DNA from: Hormiphora californensis
Taxonomy: Eukaryota; Animalia; Ctenophora
Length of the DNA stretch: 64,000 nt
Reading direction: 5' to 3'
NCBI GenBank assembly: GCA_020137815.1
Contig: CM035357.1
Location: 248,001 to 312,000, forward strand
Both the position numbers and the translations under genes were made by a program. The notes beneath the pieces were generated by a model. The model was given only the letters and a program-made list of their open reading frames with translations. It was not told the DNA's origin and did no database searches. Below are positions 40,101 to 51,670 of this stretch, one piece after another; the first letter of the stretch is position 1; each line of letters starts with the position of its first letter.

Positions 40101-43100
40101 TGGTAACCATTCTAAACTCACTGGTGATTACCATGGTAACCATTCTAAACTCACTTGACAGAGTGTATCGTTTGTAAGGAATCTCAAACGGTATGACATC
40201 ATTAGGGAATTCAATGTCCATCAGGGTTGTCAAGACAACCTCGCCAATAGCAAGGGCCGTTACCATGGTGAGGGTTAACAGAGTCATGAAGTAGATGGCA
40301 ACCTCAATCTAAATTGGGGGAAGGTTTGAATCAGATTTAAACACTCTTTTATTCTAACGAACAACAATACTCTCTTTCCCTCTGTCTTCCTCTGTCTCTA
40401 AGTAGTAACTCTCTATCCCTCTGTCTTTCTCTGTCCCTCTAAGTATACTAACGGCAGCGAATGTGTCCCCTGATTCCTCCTGTTCAAGATTCTGCAGCAC
40501 CGTCGGAATGATGACAAACACCAGACTGAAATCCGTAGGAAGCTGAAAAAGGTTAACACAAGTCAAAATGGAAATCCTGGAAAAACATTGGCATACGCTA
40601 CAGGCCCCTATCATACGGGGCCGGGGTGAACGCATGAGTTGCAGTGTATTCGAATGAAAAGTATTTCCCTATTTTAAATTTTTTGAGGTGATTTCTTGTT
40701 TTTATTCTTGTTGGTGATTTTGTTTTCCCCTTACCTCATCCAGGTTGCTGAGATCTGACACAGTGTAGTAACTGGCCACGGGAATTAGTAGAAGGGTCGT
40801 AACCAGAGGGGCCAACATACCTGCAGGATAAACCATCGATAATTGTGCATTTAAACATTGTGTAACTATGTTGTGTGAAAATATGAAGCTCTAGCTGCTA
40901 CTTTAGGGATATCAGCTGAATGCATGTAACCATGGCCTGGTAGCCATGGTAAACATGTTGAATTTAACTAACCCCACACGGAGATGAGGATCCCATCTGC
41001 TACAAGGTTGTATTGTGGGTTAGCGTATCCACTGTATGTTGAGAACACCCCCAACCCACACAGTGAGACCCGGAACGCCTGGGTTGCTGCATTCATCCAG
41101 GTTGAGGGTTTAACTAACGCATCCCACTATAATATGGAAGTAGTAGGTGTTATAAGGCGGGGTGGGGGCTGGGTTCAATTCGATATTATCCTGTATCTGG
41201 GGCGGTCAACTATTTAAATTCTCATATCACGCACTATAATATTTCTTGAATTGCTCATGAATTGTCCGGAGCACGGACATAGTGTCAAGCGACTCAAAAT
41301 ATTTCTTACATCAAGGGAGAAGATATCAAGTAGAGAAGCTACTGGTTCATCCACGTTCTTCACATTCAGCTTCCAAGTAGCCAGGGCCTTGGCAAAGATT
41401 GCCAGGAACACTACCAGAGGGATGACCAGGGAAACATAGGGGAACTGATGAGTGGGGGATGGGAGGTTAGAGGGAGACATAGGGGAACTAGGGGGATGGG
41501 AAGTAAGTCGAATGATGGGACACGGTGCACCAGAAGGATCGTCAACCCAAAGTTGAGCCCGCAAAACAAACTTTTGTTGGGGGTGACCCAGGAGGCCTTC
41601 CTGAACATCCCCACGGTGAGAAAAGTATATGTTATCGGGGAAAATTTTTGTCAAAATCGAAAAAACTGGTTTTTGGTCCAAATTTGTGCATAACTTACTT
41701 GACTGCCGTTTGATGAAATATCTGATTGACATAAAATAAGTATACAAGACCTATTTTTGCACGAGGAATCGATTGCCGGTGGAGAGAAATCTCTAAAATG
41801 ACCGGAAAATTGTCAAATATGGGAATTTTGTCATTTTTTTGAGGTTTTTGGCCCTTTAACCATTGAAAATGTTGAGATAGGAAGTTGGCAATAGCGCCAA
41901 TCGTTAAAATGGTCATTTTTCTACGGGATCCCAAAATTTCATGTATATCCGATTCATGGTTAGATTTTGGCAAACTATTGAGATGTGCTTACTGAAAAAA
42001 GGATAACTTGATTTTCTCGTTTTTTGCGATTTTTTAACTTTTGAAAGAATTCTGATTGAAATGGCCAATCAGGGCCATGCTAAAGTTGTTTATGGGACAA
42101 TTTTCGACCAAAATCCAAGATTTCATGCAAATCCAATGACAGATCATTGATTTGTAGAAAGTTGAAATAGGCAAAAAAGGCCAATTTTTACCATGAAAAC
42201 AAAAATACACATTTTTTTCTTGTCAATTTCCATCAACAACTGGTACCCTACCTATTTTTGCACGTAGAATCGATTGCCGGTGGAGTGGATCCTCTTAAAT
42301 GATTGGAAAAGCGGTCAAAATGCCATTTTATGGAGGTCCAAAAACTTCCAAAAAATGACATTTCGACCCCTTTCCAATCATTTAAGAGGATCCACTACAC
42401 CGGCAATCGATTCTACGTGCAAAAAATAGGTAGGGTACCAGTTGTTGATGGAAATTGACAAGAAAAAAATGTGTATTTTTGTTTTCATGGTAAAAATTGG
42501 CCTTTTTTGCCTATTTCAACTTTCTACAAATCAATGATCTGTCATTGGATTTGCATGAAATCTTGGATTTTGGTCGAAAATTGTCCCATAAACAACTTTA
42601 GCATGGCCCTGATTGGCCATTTCAATCAGAATTCTTTCAAAAGTTAAAAAATCGCAAAAAACGAGAAAATCAAGTTATCCTTTTTTCAGTAAGCACATCT
42701 CAATAGTTTGCCAAAATCTAACCATGAATCGGATATACATGAAATTTTAGGGATCCCGTAGAAAAATGACCATTTTAACGATTGGCGCTATTGCCAACTT
42801 CCTATCTCAACATTTTCAATGGTTAAAGGGCCAAAAACCTCAAAAAAATGACAAAATTCCCATATTTGACAATTTTCCGGTCATTTTAGAGATTTCTCTC
42901 CACCGGCAATCGATTCCTCGTGCAAAAATAGGTCTTGTATACTTATTTTATGTCAATCAGATATTTCATCAAACGGCAGTCAAGTAAGTTATGCACAAAT
43001 TTGGACCAAAAACCAGTTTTTTCGATTTTGACAAAAATTTTCCCCGATAACATATACTTTTCTCACCGTGGGGATGTTCAGGAAGGCCTCCTGGGTCACC

Positions 43101-46100
43101 CCCAACAAAAGTTTGTTTTGTGGGCTCAACTTTGGGTTGACGATCCTTCTGGTGCACCGTGGGGAAGTAGTTACGATCGAATGGTCATGTAAAATGGCCA
43201 TGTGCTGACCATTTTCTCTGTTTAAAGAGTAACCTTACTCAGACTTGATTAGAACTAAAGACCATATTATTGCAAACAGTACATACCTTTCCTTTGACCC
43301 ACAATCCACTGCACATGAAGGCACAAATCAGCACCCAGGCCAACACAATCACGATGAACGGAAAGAACTTCTCAAAATCAGTGTACCAAGCAAGATCTCC
43401 GATACTCAGGGGAGAGTCAGAGAGGTGAAGAAACTCGTAGTACCAGTGAAACAGAGCACCTGAGGTCTGAAACAGGAAACACGTGTTTAGGGGGTTTGGT
43501 TCCAGTACAGGAAACAGGGGGAGGGAGTTTAGAATTGTGTGGATCATACCGTTAGAGTGCTCTGTGATGGTAGATCAAGTTTAGGGGGGTTTGTTCTACG
43601 GGACTAGATTTGATTTTCACATGGTAAAGAAGATCAAAATTACTGTAGTTTGTTAACTGGTTCTACATCAGATCGCTGCACCGGATCAGAGTAGGTTGAT
43701 TAACATTAGACCTACCTCACAACACACAAGATTTTTCCCAGTCCAACCCTTGGATGCGCAGGTTCCAGCTCCAGGGTAGGATCCATTGGGTGCTATAGCT
43801 GTCCAGATACCCTTAATACTGTAGTACAGGGTCCACGCAGTAGTTGTGTTAAAGTAGATGTTGTAGATGATCGTCACAAACAGGATAGCTGTAAGAGGGT
43901 GGGTGTGTGAGTCAGTGGAGATAGAGATATGGGTGGATGTGTGAGTCAGTGGAGATAGAGATATGGGTGGATGTGTGAGTCAGATAGAGATAGAGATAGG
44001 GTAGCTGAGGTATAATCGAGTATCGGAGTTTTGTTAAAATTATAAACCGTGGGATAAAGATATATGGAAAATATGGATCAGAATCCCGAACTTGATTTTA
44101 AAACCATGTTCATATAATAAAGCTCACTAAAGTTTCAATCTGAGCTAATACACATGATAAAGCTCACTAAAGTTTCAATCTGAGCTAATACACTAAGTAC
44201 TGATGTTGAGCTAATACACTCACATTTCCCTTTTCTCCTTACTGTATAACGGTAATACGACTACAAGCAGCACTGTAATACACTCACATTTGCCGAGACC
44301 CGAGAAGAATTTGTGAATTCTCTCCATGGTAACGATGACGCCCCTCCTGAATACTTGACCAATCAACATCTCCATAATTAGCGTGGGAAGGGAGAACATC
44401 ATGTAGAAAATAAAGTAGGGAATCAGAAATACACCTGAAAATAAAGTAGGGAATCAGAAATACACCTGAAAATAAAGTAGGGAATCAGAAATACACCTGA
44501 AAATAAAGTAGGGAATCAGAAATACACCTGAAAATAAAGTAGGGAATCAGAAACACACCTGAAAATAAAGTAGGGAATCAGAAATACACCTGAAAATAAA
44601 GTAGGGAATCAGAAATACACCTGAAAATAAAGTAGGGAATCAGAAACACACCTGAAAATAAAGTAGGGAATCAGAAATACACCTGAAAATAAAGTAGGGA
44701 ATCAGAAATACACCTGAAAATAAAGTAGGGAATCAGAAACACACCTGAAAATAAAGTAGGGAATCAGAAATACACCTGAAAATAAAGTAGGGAATCAGAA
44801 ATACACCTGAAAATAAAGTAGGGAATCAGAAACACACCTGAAAATAAAGTAGGGAATCAGAAATACACCTGAAAATAAAGTAGGGAATCAGAAATACACC
44901 TGAAAATAAAGTAGGGAATCAGAAACACACCTGAAAATAAAGTAGGGAATCAGAAACACACCTGAAAATAAAGTAGGGAATCAGAAATACACCTGAAAAT
45001 AAAGTAGGGAATCAGAAATACACCTGAAAATAAAGTAGGGAATCAGAAACACACCTGAAAATAAAGTAGGGAATCAGAAATACACCTGAAAATAAAGTAG
45101 GGAATCAGAAACACACCTGAAAATAAAGTAGGGAATCAGAAACACACCTGAAAATAAAGTAGGGAATCAGAAATACACCTGAAAATAAAGTAGGGAATCA
45201 GAAATACACCTGAAAATAAAGTAGGGAATCAGAAATACACCTGAAAATAAAGTAGGGAATCAGAAATACACCTGAAAATAAAGTAGGGAATCAGAAACAC
45301 ACCTGAAAATAAAGTAGGGAATCAGAAATACACCTGAAAATAAAGTAGGGAATCAGAAATACACCTGAAAATAAAGTAGGGAATCAGAAACACACCTGAA
45401 AATAAAGTAGGGAATCAGAAACACACCTGAAAATAAAGTAGGGAATCAGAAACACACCTGAAAATAAAGTAGGGAATCAGAAATACACCTGAAAATAAAG
45501 TAGGGAATCAGAAACACACCTGAAAATAAAGTAGGGAATCAGAAATACACCTGAAAATAAAGTAGGGAATCAGAAATACACCTGAAAATAAAGTAGGGAA
45601 TCAGAAACACACCTGAAAATAAAGTAGGGAATCAGAAACACACCTGAAAATAAAGTAGGGAATCAGAAATACACCTGAAAATAAAGTAGGGAATCAGAAA
45701 CACACCTGAAAATAAAGTAGGGAATCAGAAACACACCTGAAAATAAAGTAGGGAATCAGAAACACACCTGAAAATAAAGTAGGGAATCAGAAACACACCT
45801 GAAAATAAAGTAGGGAATCAGAAATACACCTGAAAATAAAGTAGGGAATCAGAAATACACCTGAAAATAAAGTAGGGAATCAGAAACACACCTGAAAATA
45901 AAGTAGGGAATCAGAAACACACCTGAAAATAAAGTAGGGAATCAGAAATACACCTGAAAATAAAGTAGGGAATCAGAAACACACCTGAAAATAAAGTAGG
46001 GAATCAGAAATACACCTGAAAATAAAGTAGGGAATCAGAAACACACCTGAAAATAAAGTAGGGAATCAGAAATACACCTGAAAATAAAGTAGGGAATCAG

Positions 46101-49100
46101 AAATACACCTGAAAATAAAGTAGGGAATCAGAAATACACCTGAAAATAAAGTAGGGAATCAGAAACACACCTGAAAATAAAGTAGGGAATCAGAAATACA
46201 CCTGAAAATAAAGTAGGGAATCAGAAATACACCTGAAAATAAAGTAGGGAATCAGAAATACACCTGAAAATAAAGTAGGGAATCAGAAATACACCTGAAA
46301 ATAAAGTAGGGAATCAGAAACACACCTGAAAATAAAGTAGGGAATCAGAAACACACCTGAAAATAAAGTAGGGAATCAGAAATACACCTGAAAATAAAGT
46401 AGGGAATCAGAAACACACCTGAAAATAAAGTAGGGAATCAGAAATACACCTGAAAATAAAGTAGGGAATCAGAAATACACCTGAAAATAAAGTAGGGAAT
46501 CAGAAACACACCTGAAAATAAAGTAGGGAATCAGAAATACACCTGAAAATAAAGTAGGGAATCAGAAATACACCTGAAAATAAAGTAGGGAATCAGAAAT
46601 ACACCTGAAAATAAAGTAGGGAATCAGAAATACACCTGAAAATAAAGTAGGGAATCAGAAACTACACCTGAAAATAAAGTAGGGAATCAGAAATACACCT
46701 GAAAATAAAGTAGGGAATCAGAAATACACCTGAAAATAAAGTAGGGAATCAGAAATACACCTGAAAATAAAGTAGGGAATCAGAAACACACCTGAAAATA
46801 AAGTAGGGAATCAGAAATACACCTGAAAATAAAGTAGGGAATCAGAAATACACCTGAAAATAAAGTAGGGAATCAGAAATACACCTGAAAATAAAGTAGG
46901 GAATCAGAAATACACCTGAAAATAAAGTAGGGAATCAGAAATACACCTGAAAATAAAGTAGGGAATCAGAAATACACCTGAAAATAAAGTAGGGAATCAG
47001 AAATACACCTGAAAATAAAGTAGGGAATCAGAAATACACCTGAAAATAAAGTAGGGAATCAGAAATACACCTGAAAATAAAGTAGGGAATCAGAAATACA
47101 CCTGAAAATAAAGTAGGGAATCAGAAATACACCTGAAAATAAAGTAGGGAATCAGAAATACACCTGAAAATAAAGTAGGGAATCAGAAATACACCTGAAA
47201 ATAAAGTAGGGAATCAGAAATACACCTGAAAATAAAGTAGGGAATCAGAAATACACCTGAAAATAAAGTAGGGAATCAGAAATACACCTGAAAATAAAGT
47301 AGGGAATCAGAAATACACCTGAAAATAAAGTAGGGAATCAGAAATACACCTGAAAATAAAGTAGGGAATCAGAAACACACCTGAAAATAAAGTAGGGAAT
47401 CAGAAATACACCTGAAAATAAAGTAGGGAATCAGAAACACACCTGAAAATAAAGTAGGGAATCAGAAACACACCTGAAAATAAAGTAGGGAATCAGAAAT
47501 ACACCTGAAAATAAAGTAGGGAATCAGAAACACACCTGAAAATAAAGTAGGGAATCAGAAATACACCTGAAAATAAAGTAGGGAATCAGAAACACACCTG
47601 AAAATAAAGTAGGGAATCAGAAATACACCTGAAAATAAAGTAGGGAATCAGAAATACACCTGAAAATAAGTAGGGAATCAGAAATACACCTGAAAATAAA
47701 GTAGGGAATCAGAAACACACCTGAAAATAAAGTAGGGAATCAGAAACACACCTGAAAATAAAGTAGGGAATCAGAAATACAAACCTGAAAATAAAGTAGG
47801 GAATCAGAAACTACACCTGAAAATAAAGTAGGGAATCAGAAATACACCTGAAAATAAAGTAGGGAATCAGAAACACACCTGAAAATAAAGTAGGGAATCA
47901 GAAATACACCTGAAAATAAAGTAGGGAATCAGAAATACACCTGAAAATAAAGTAGGGAATCAGAAATACACCTGAAAATAAAGTAGGGAATCAGAAACAC
48001 ACCTGAAAATAAAGTAGGGAATCAGAAACACACCTGAAAATAAAGTAGGGAATCAGAAATACACCTGAAAATAAAGTAGGGAATCAGAAACACACCTGAA
48101 AATAAAGTAGGGAATCAGAAATACACCTGAAAATAAAGTAGGGAATCAGAAACACACCTGAAAATAAAGTAGGGAATCAGAAACACACCTGAAAATAAAG
48201 TAGGGAATCAGAAATACACCTGAAAATAAAGTAGGGAATCAGAAACACACCTGAAAATAAAGTAGGGAATCAGAAATACACCTGAAAATAAAGTAGGGAA
48301 TCAGAAACACACCTGAAAATAAAGTAGGGAATCAGAAATACACCTGAAAATAAAGTAGGGAATCAGAAATACACCTGAAAATAAAGTAGGGAATCAGAAA
48401 TACACCTGAAAATAAAGTAGGGAATCAGAAACACACCTGAAAATAAAGTAGGGAATCAGAAACACACCTGAAAATAAAGTAGGGAATCAGAAATACACCT
48501 GAAAATAAAGTAGGGAATCAGAAATACACCTGAAAATAAAGTAGGGAATCAGAAATACACCTGAAAATAAAGTAGGGAATCAGAAACACACCTGAAAATA
48601 AAGTAGGGAATCAGAAACACACCTGAAAATAAAGTAGGGAATCAGAAATACACCTGAAAATAAAGTAGGGAATCAGAAATACACCTGAAAATAAAGTAGG
48701 GAATCAGAAACACACCTGAAAATAAAGTAGGGAATCAGAAACACACCTGAGAATAAAGTAGGGAATCAGAAATACACCTGAAAATAAAGTAGGGAATCAG
48801 AAATACACCTGAAAATAAAATAGGGAATCATAAATACACCTGAAAATAAAGTAGGGAATCAGAAATACGCCTGAAAATATAAAGTAGGGAATCAGAAATA
48901 CACCTGAAAATAAAGTAGGGAATCAGAAATACACCTGAAAATAAAGTAGGGAATCAGAAATACACCTGAAAATAAAGTAGGGAATCAGAAATACACCTGA
49001 AAATAAAGTAGGGAATCAGAAATACACCTGAAAATAAAGTAGGGAATCAGAAACACACCTGAAAATAAAGTAGGGAATCAGAAACACACCTGAAAATAAA

Positions 49101-51019
49101 GTAGGGAATCAGAAATACACCTGAAAATAAAGTAGGGAATCAGAAACACACGTGAAAATAAAGTAGGGAATCAGAAATACACCTGAAAATAAAGTAGGGA
49201 ATCAGAAACACACCTGAAAATAACGGAATCAGAAATACACCTGAAAATAAAGTAGGGAATCAGAAACACACCTGAAAATAAAGTAGGGAATCAGAAACAC
49301 ACCTGAAAATAAAGTAGGGAATCAGAAATACACCTGAAAATAACGTAGGGAATCAGAAATACACCTGAAAATAAAGTAGGGAATCAGAAACACACCTGAA
49401 AATAAAGTAGGGAATCAGAAATACACCTGAAAATAAAGTAGGGAATCAGAAACACACCTGAAAATAAAGTAGGGAATCAGAAATACACCTGAAAACAAAG
49501 TAGGGAATCAGAAATACACCTGAAAATAAAGTAGGGAATCAGAAATACACCTGAAAATAAAGTAGGGAATCAGAAACACACCTGAAAATAAAGTAGGGAA
49601 TCAGAAACACACCTGAAAATAAAGTAGGGAATCAGAAATACACCTGAAAATAAAATAGGGAATCAGAAACACACCTGAAAATAAAGTAGGGAATCAGAAA
49701 TACACCTGAAAATAAAGTAGGGAATCAGAAACACACGTGAAAATAAAGTAGGGAATCAGAAACACACCTGAAAATAAAGTAGGGAATCAGAAACACACCT
49801 GAAAATAAAGTAGGGAATCAGAAATACACCTGAAAATAACGGAATCGGTAAATTATCTTATCGTTATCTAAGTTCATGACGAATTAAGGAACCTAAAATT
49901 AATCACTACTGCAACCATTTAGTAGCTCCTGAAGGGAATCATTCCCTGGGAATGCCGTTAAATCCTTACCTCCGCCATAATTCTTCATTGCTGCCACAAA
50001 ACTGCCCATGTTTCCTATACCCCAGATAGCCGCCATGGACGCCAGGATGAACTCAATTCGGTTCGTCCACATGGGCCTCTCCTGTGTAGGAATTGTATTG
50101 GTTACCATGGTTACCACGAAGGATTTGAAGTTGCAGAATTGGGAACTTTCGGTTGCTATGGGGACTGGGGAGGTCTATCTGTGTAGCTACATTTATGCTA
50201 ACTACATTTCTAGTAACCCTGATAACGTACATCATTGAGAGCATTCTCTTTCTCATCATCAACGAGGTCATTACGGCGAAATGGTTTCTGGGCGAGCATG
50301 TCATAGTCAAATCCAGCAATTCCCTCCGCGTTAGCGGCTGTACCCGTCACCGGCAAACCTGGGAGGAAAATATTATGTTTGAATTCAGTTCAGTGAGGCA
50401 CTGTCAGACCTGACAAAATGGCAAATATTATGTTTGAATTCAGTTCAGTGAGTTGTCTAGATCAAACTGTTGCTATGGTAACTATATCTGACTACGTACC
50501 TGCTGCACTGAGCGGCACCTCAACCTCTACGTTACCAATGGTAACTATGGTAACCAATGGTTGCTATGGTAACTAACTACGTACCTGCTGCACTGAATGG
50601 CACTTCAACCTCTACGTTGCCAATGGTAACTATGGTAACCAATGGTTGCTATGGTAACTATATCTGACTACGTGTACCTGCTGCACTGAGTGGCACTTCA
50701 ACCTCTACGTTGCCAATGGTAACTATGGTAACCAATGGTTGCTATGGTAACTAACTACGTACCTGCTGCACTGAATGGCACTTCAACCTCTACGTTGCCA
50801 ATGGTAACTATGGTAACCAATGGTTGCTATGGTAACTATATCTGACAACGTACCTGCTGCACTTAGTGGCACTTCAACCTCTACGTTGCCAATGGTTACC
50901 CACGGACTCGGTTTGGGTTTGGCTGCTTTCTTTGCTTCTGACGCCTCGAACTTGGCGTACATGGAGCCTTGGGTGGCATTACTAACCGCCTTATCAACGG
51001 ACGTGCCCCAAATCCACAT
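25179..51019 (-). CDS. Tandem double-domain SLC6/NSS transporter-like protein, about 1,542 aa, 37-38 coding exons
   Basis: Exons in transcript order: 51019-50854, 50358-50231, 50081-49970, 44434-44288, 43888-43716, 43466-43287, 41444-41310, 41126-40973, 40820-40735, 40542-40453, 40308-40155, 39774-39615, 39431-39303, 39019-38938, 38746-38455, 38281-38194, 38009-37951, 37727-37614, 37147-37072, 36203-36081, 35902-35855 (tentative), 35475-35372, 34087-33926, 33714-33616, 33462-33349 and/or 32941-32813, 32636-32544, 32291-32129, 28484-28358, 28157-28050, 27811-27716, 27514-27397, 27098-26970, 26540-26431, 26227-26141, 25983-25846, 25652-25466, 25276-25179. All are GT-AG and phase-consistent. SLC6 motifs occur twice: GIGNM..YGGGVFLIPY..EMLIGQ vs GVGIITRF..LEIDLGQ; WMNAATQ vs WVEAG..FSSYN; AWIYSIYRF vs TWVYSMYRL. 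Confidence 0.85.
28756..32170 (-). repeat. 60-bp tandem array (about 57 units) of an SLC6 exon 3' end plus donor
   Basis: The unit on - reads ACC GAC CGA GTT GAG TTT AGA ATA AAG GAT GTC ATG AAC AG|gttcgt (TDRVEFRIKDVMNR), matching the end of exon 32291-32129. Confidence 0.95.
34110..35198. repeat. 11-bp satellite (YATTGTGCAAT)n, about 99 units, intronic
   Basis: Near-palindromic unit. It produces the spurious LCNHCAIIVQS ORFs. Confidence 0.95.
35468..35815 (-). repeat. About 60-bp tandem repeat carrying copies of an SLC6 acceptor plus exon start
   Basis: ttaYag|ccgctac recurs about 7 times, up to the functional acceptor of exon 35475-35372. Confidence 0.8.
35940..36045 (-). mobile_element. 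Solo Penelope-like 3' tail with a hammerhead-like core
   Basis: On -: CTGATGA a gatgt-tgtt-acatc GAAAC. The agggacaaa..tttatt..gtttcg..catcag layout matches the PLE tail at 15510-15585. Confidence 0.45.
37251..37687 (-). repeat. 119-bp tandem repeat (4 units) of an SLC6 exon end plus donor, with X-box-like spacers
   Basis: Units start at 37251, 37370, 37489 and 37608. Each encodes YPTIQVIGYLMQYFQIMIGQNKVM followed by gtgagt. Confidence 0.92.
37740..37865. repeat. 21-bp tandem repeat (aaaatcaatatgatactaatt) x6
   Basis: Read directly. It lies next to an acceptor. Confidence 0.9.
39851..40154 (-). repeat. 33-bp tandem repeat of the donor ca|gtgagttt plus an X-box-like gttaccatggtaat
   Basis: About 9-10 units, starting at the donor of exon 40308-40155. 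Confidence 0.9.
41521..43161. mobile_element. Third foldback transposon, Chapaev/CMC-like, in an SLC6 intron
   Basis: Palindrome with CACGG...CCGTG termini and 4-bp TSD GGGA (41517-41520, 43162-43165). Internal sequence is homologous to the element at 2827-4171. Confidence 0.88.
44406..49846 (-). repeat. 31-bp tandem array (about 175 units) of an SLC6 acceptor plus exon start
   Basis: Unit on -: GTGTRTTTCTGATTCCCTACTTTATTTTCAG, i.e. exon start (G)VFLIPYFIF plus AG. The 31-bp period was checked at 44435 and 44466. Confidence 0.96.
50469..50898 (-). repeat. Five copies (about 85-93 bp period) of the SLC6 first-coding-exon end plus donor
   Basis: Each encodes VTIGNVEVEVP(L/F)SAA followed by gtac. 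Spacers contain gttgctatggtaac. Confidence 0.9.
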
Positions 51020-51234
51020 GATCACACGGGGACCTCACACTCAGAGAGATATTATCACTCAGAGAGATATTATCACACTCAGAGATATCACTCAGAGAGT
51101 AGTGGGAATTCGGGTGGTGGATACTAGTTGACCTAAAATAATTAGACAACTTGTAGGGGGTAACTTTAATAACTGCAGACGGGATTTTGGCAACAAAACA
51201 ATTCATTGTCACCAAGACAACCAATCAAAAGGAG

Positions 51235-51670
51235 GACAATAACTGGTGTAACCATGGTAACAAGGACAATAACCGGTGTAACCATGGTAACAATCACAAT
51301 AACCGGTGTAACCATGGTAACAAGGACAATAACCGGTGTAACCATGGTAACCAAGGACAGTAACCGGTGTAACCATGGTAACAAGGACAGTAACCGGTGT
51401 AACCACGGTAACAAGGACAGTAACCGGTGTAACCATGGTAACCAAGCTGACAGTAACCGGTGTAACCATGGTTACAAGGACAATAACCGGTGTAACCATG
51501 GTAACCAAGGACAGTAACCGGTGTAACCACGGTAACAAGGACAGTAACCGGTGTAACCATGGTAACAAGGACAATAACCGGTGTAACCATGGTAACTAGG
51601 ACAGTAACCGGTGTAACCATGGTAACAAGGACAATAACCGGTGTAACCATGGTAACAAGGACAGTAACTG
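51235..51670. promoter_or_regulatory. About 30-bp tandem array of RFX X-box-like motifs between divergent genes
   Basis: About 14 units containing GTAACCAYGGTAAC, matching the X-box consensus GTNRCC(N0-3)RGYAAC. They lie 220-650 bp upstream of the SLC6 ATG. The repeat is certain; the function is inferred. Confidence 0.45.
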
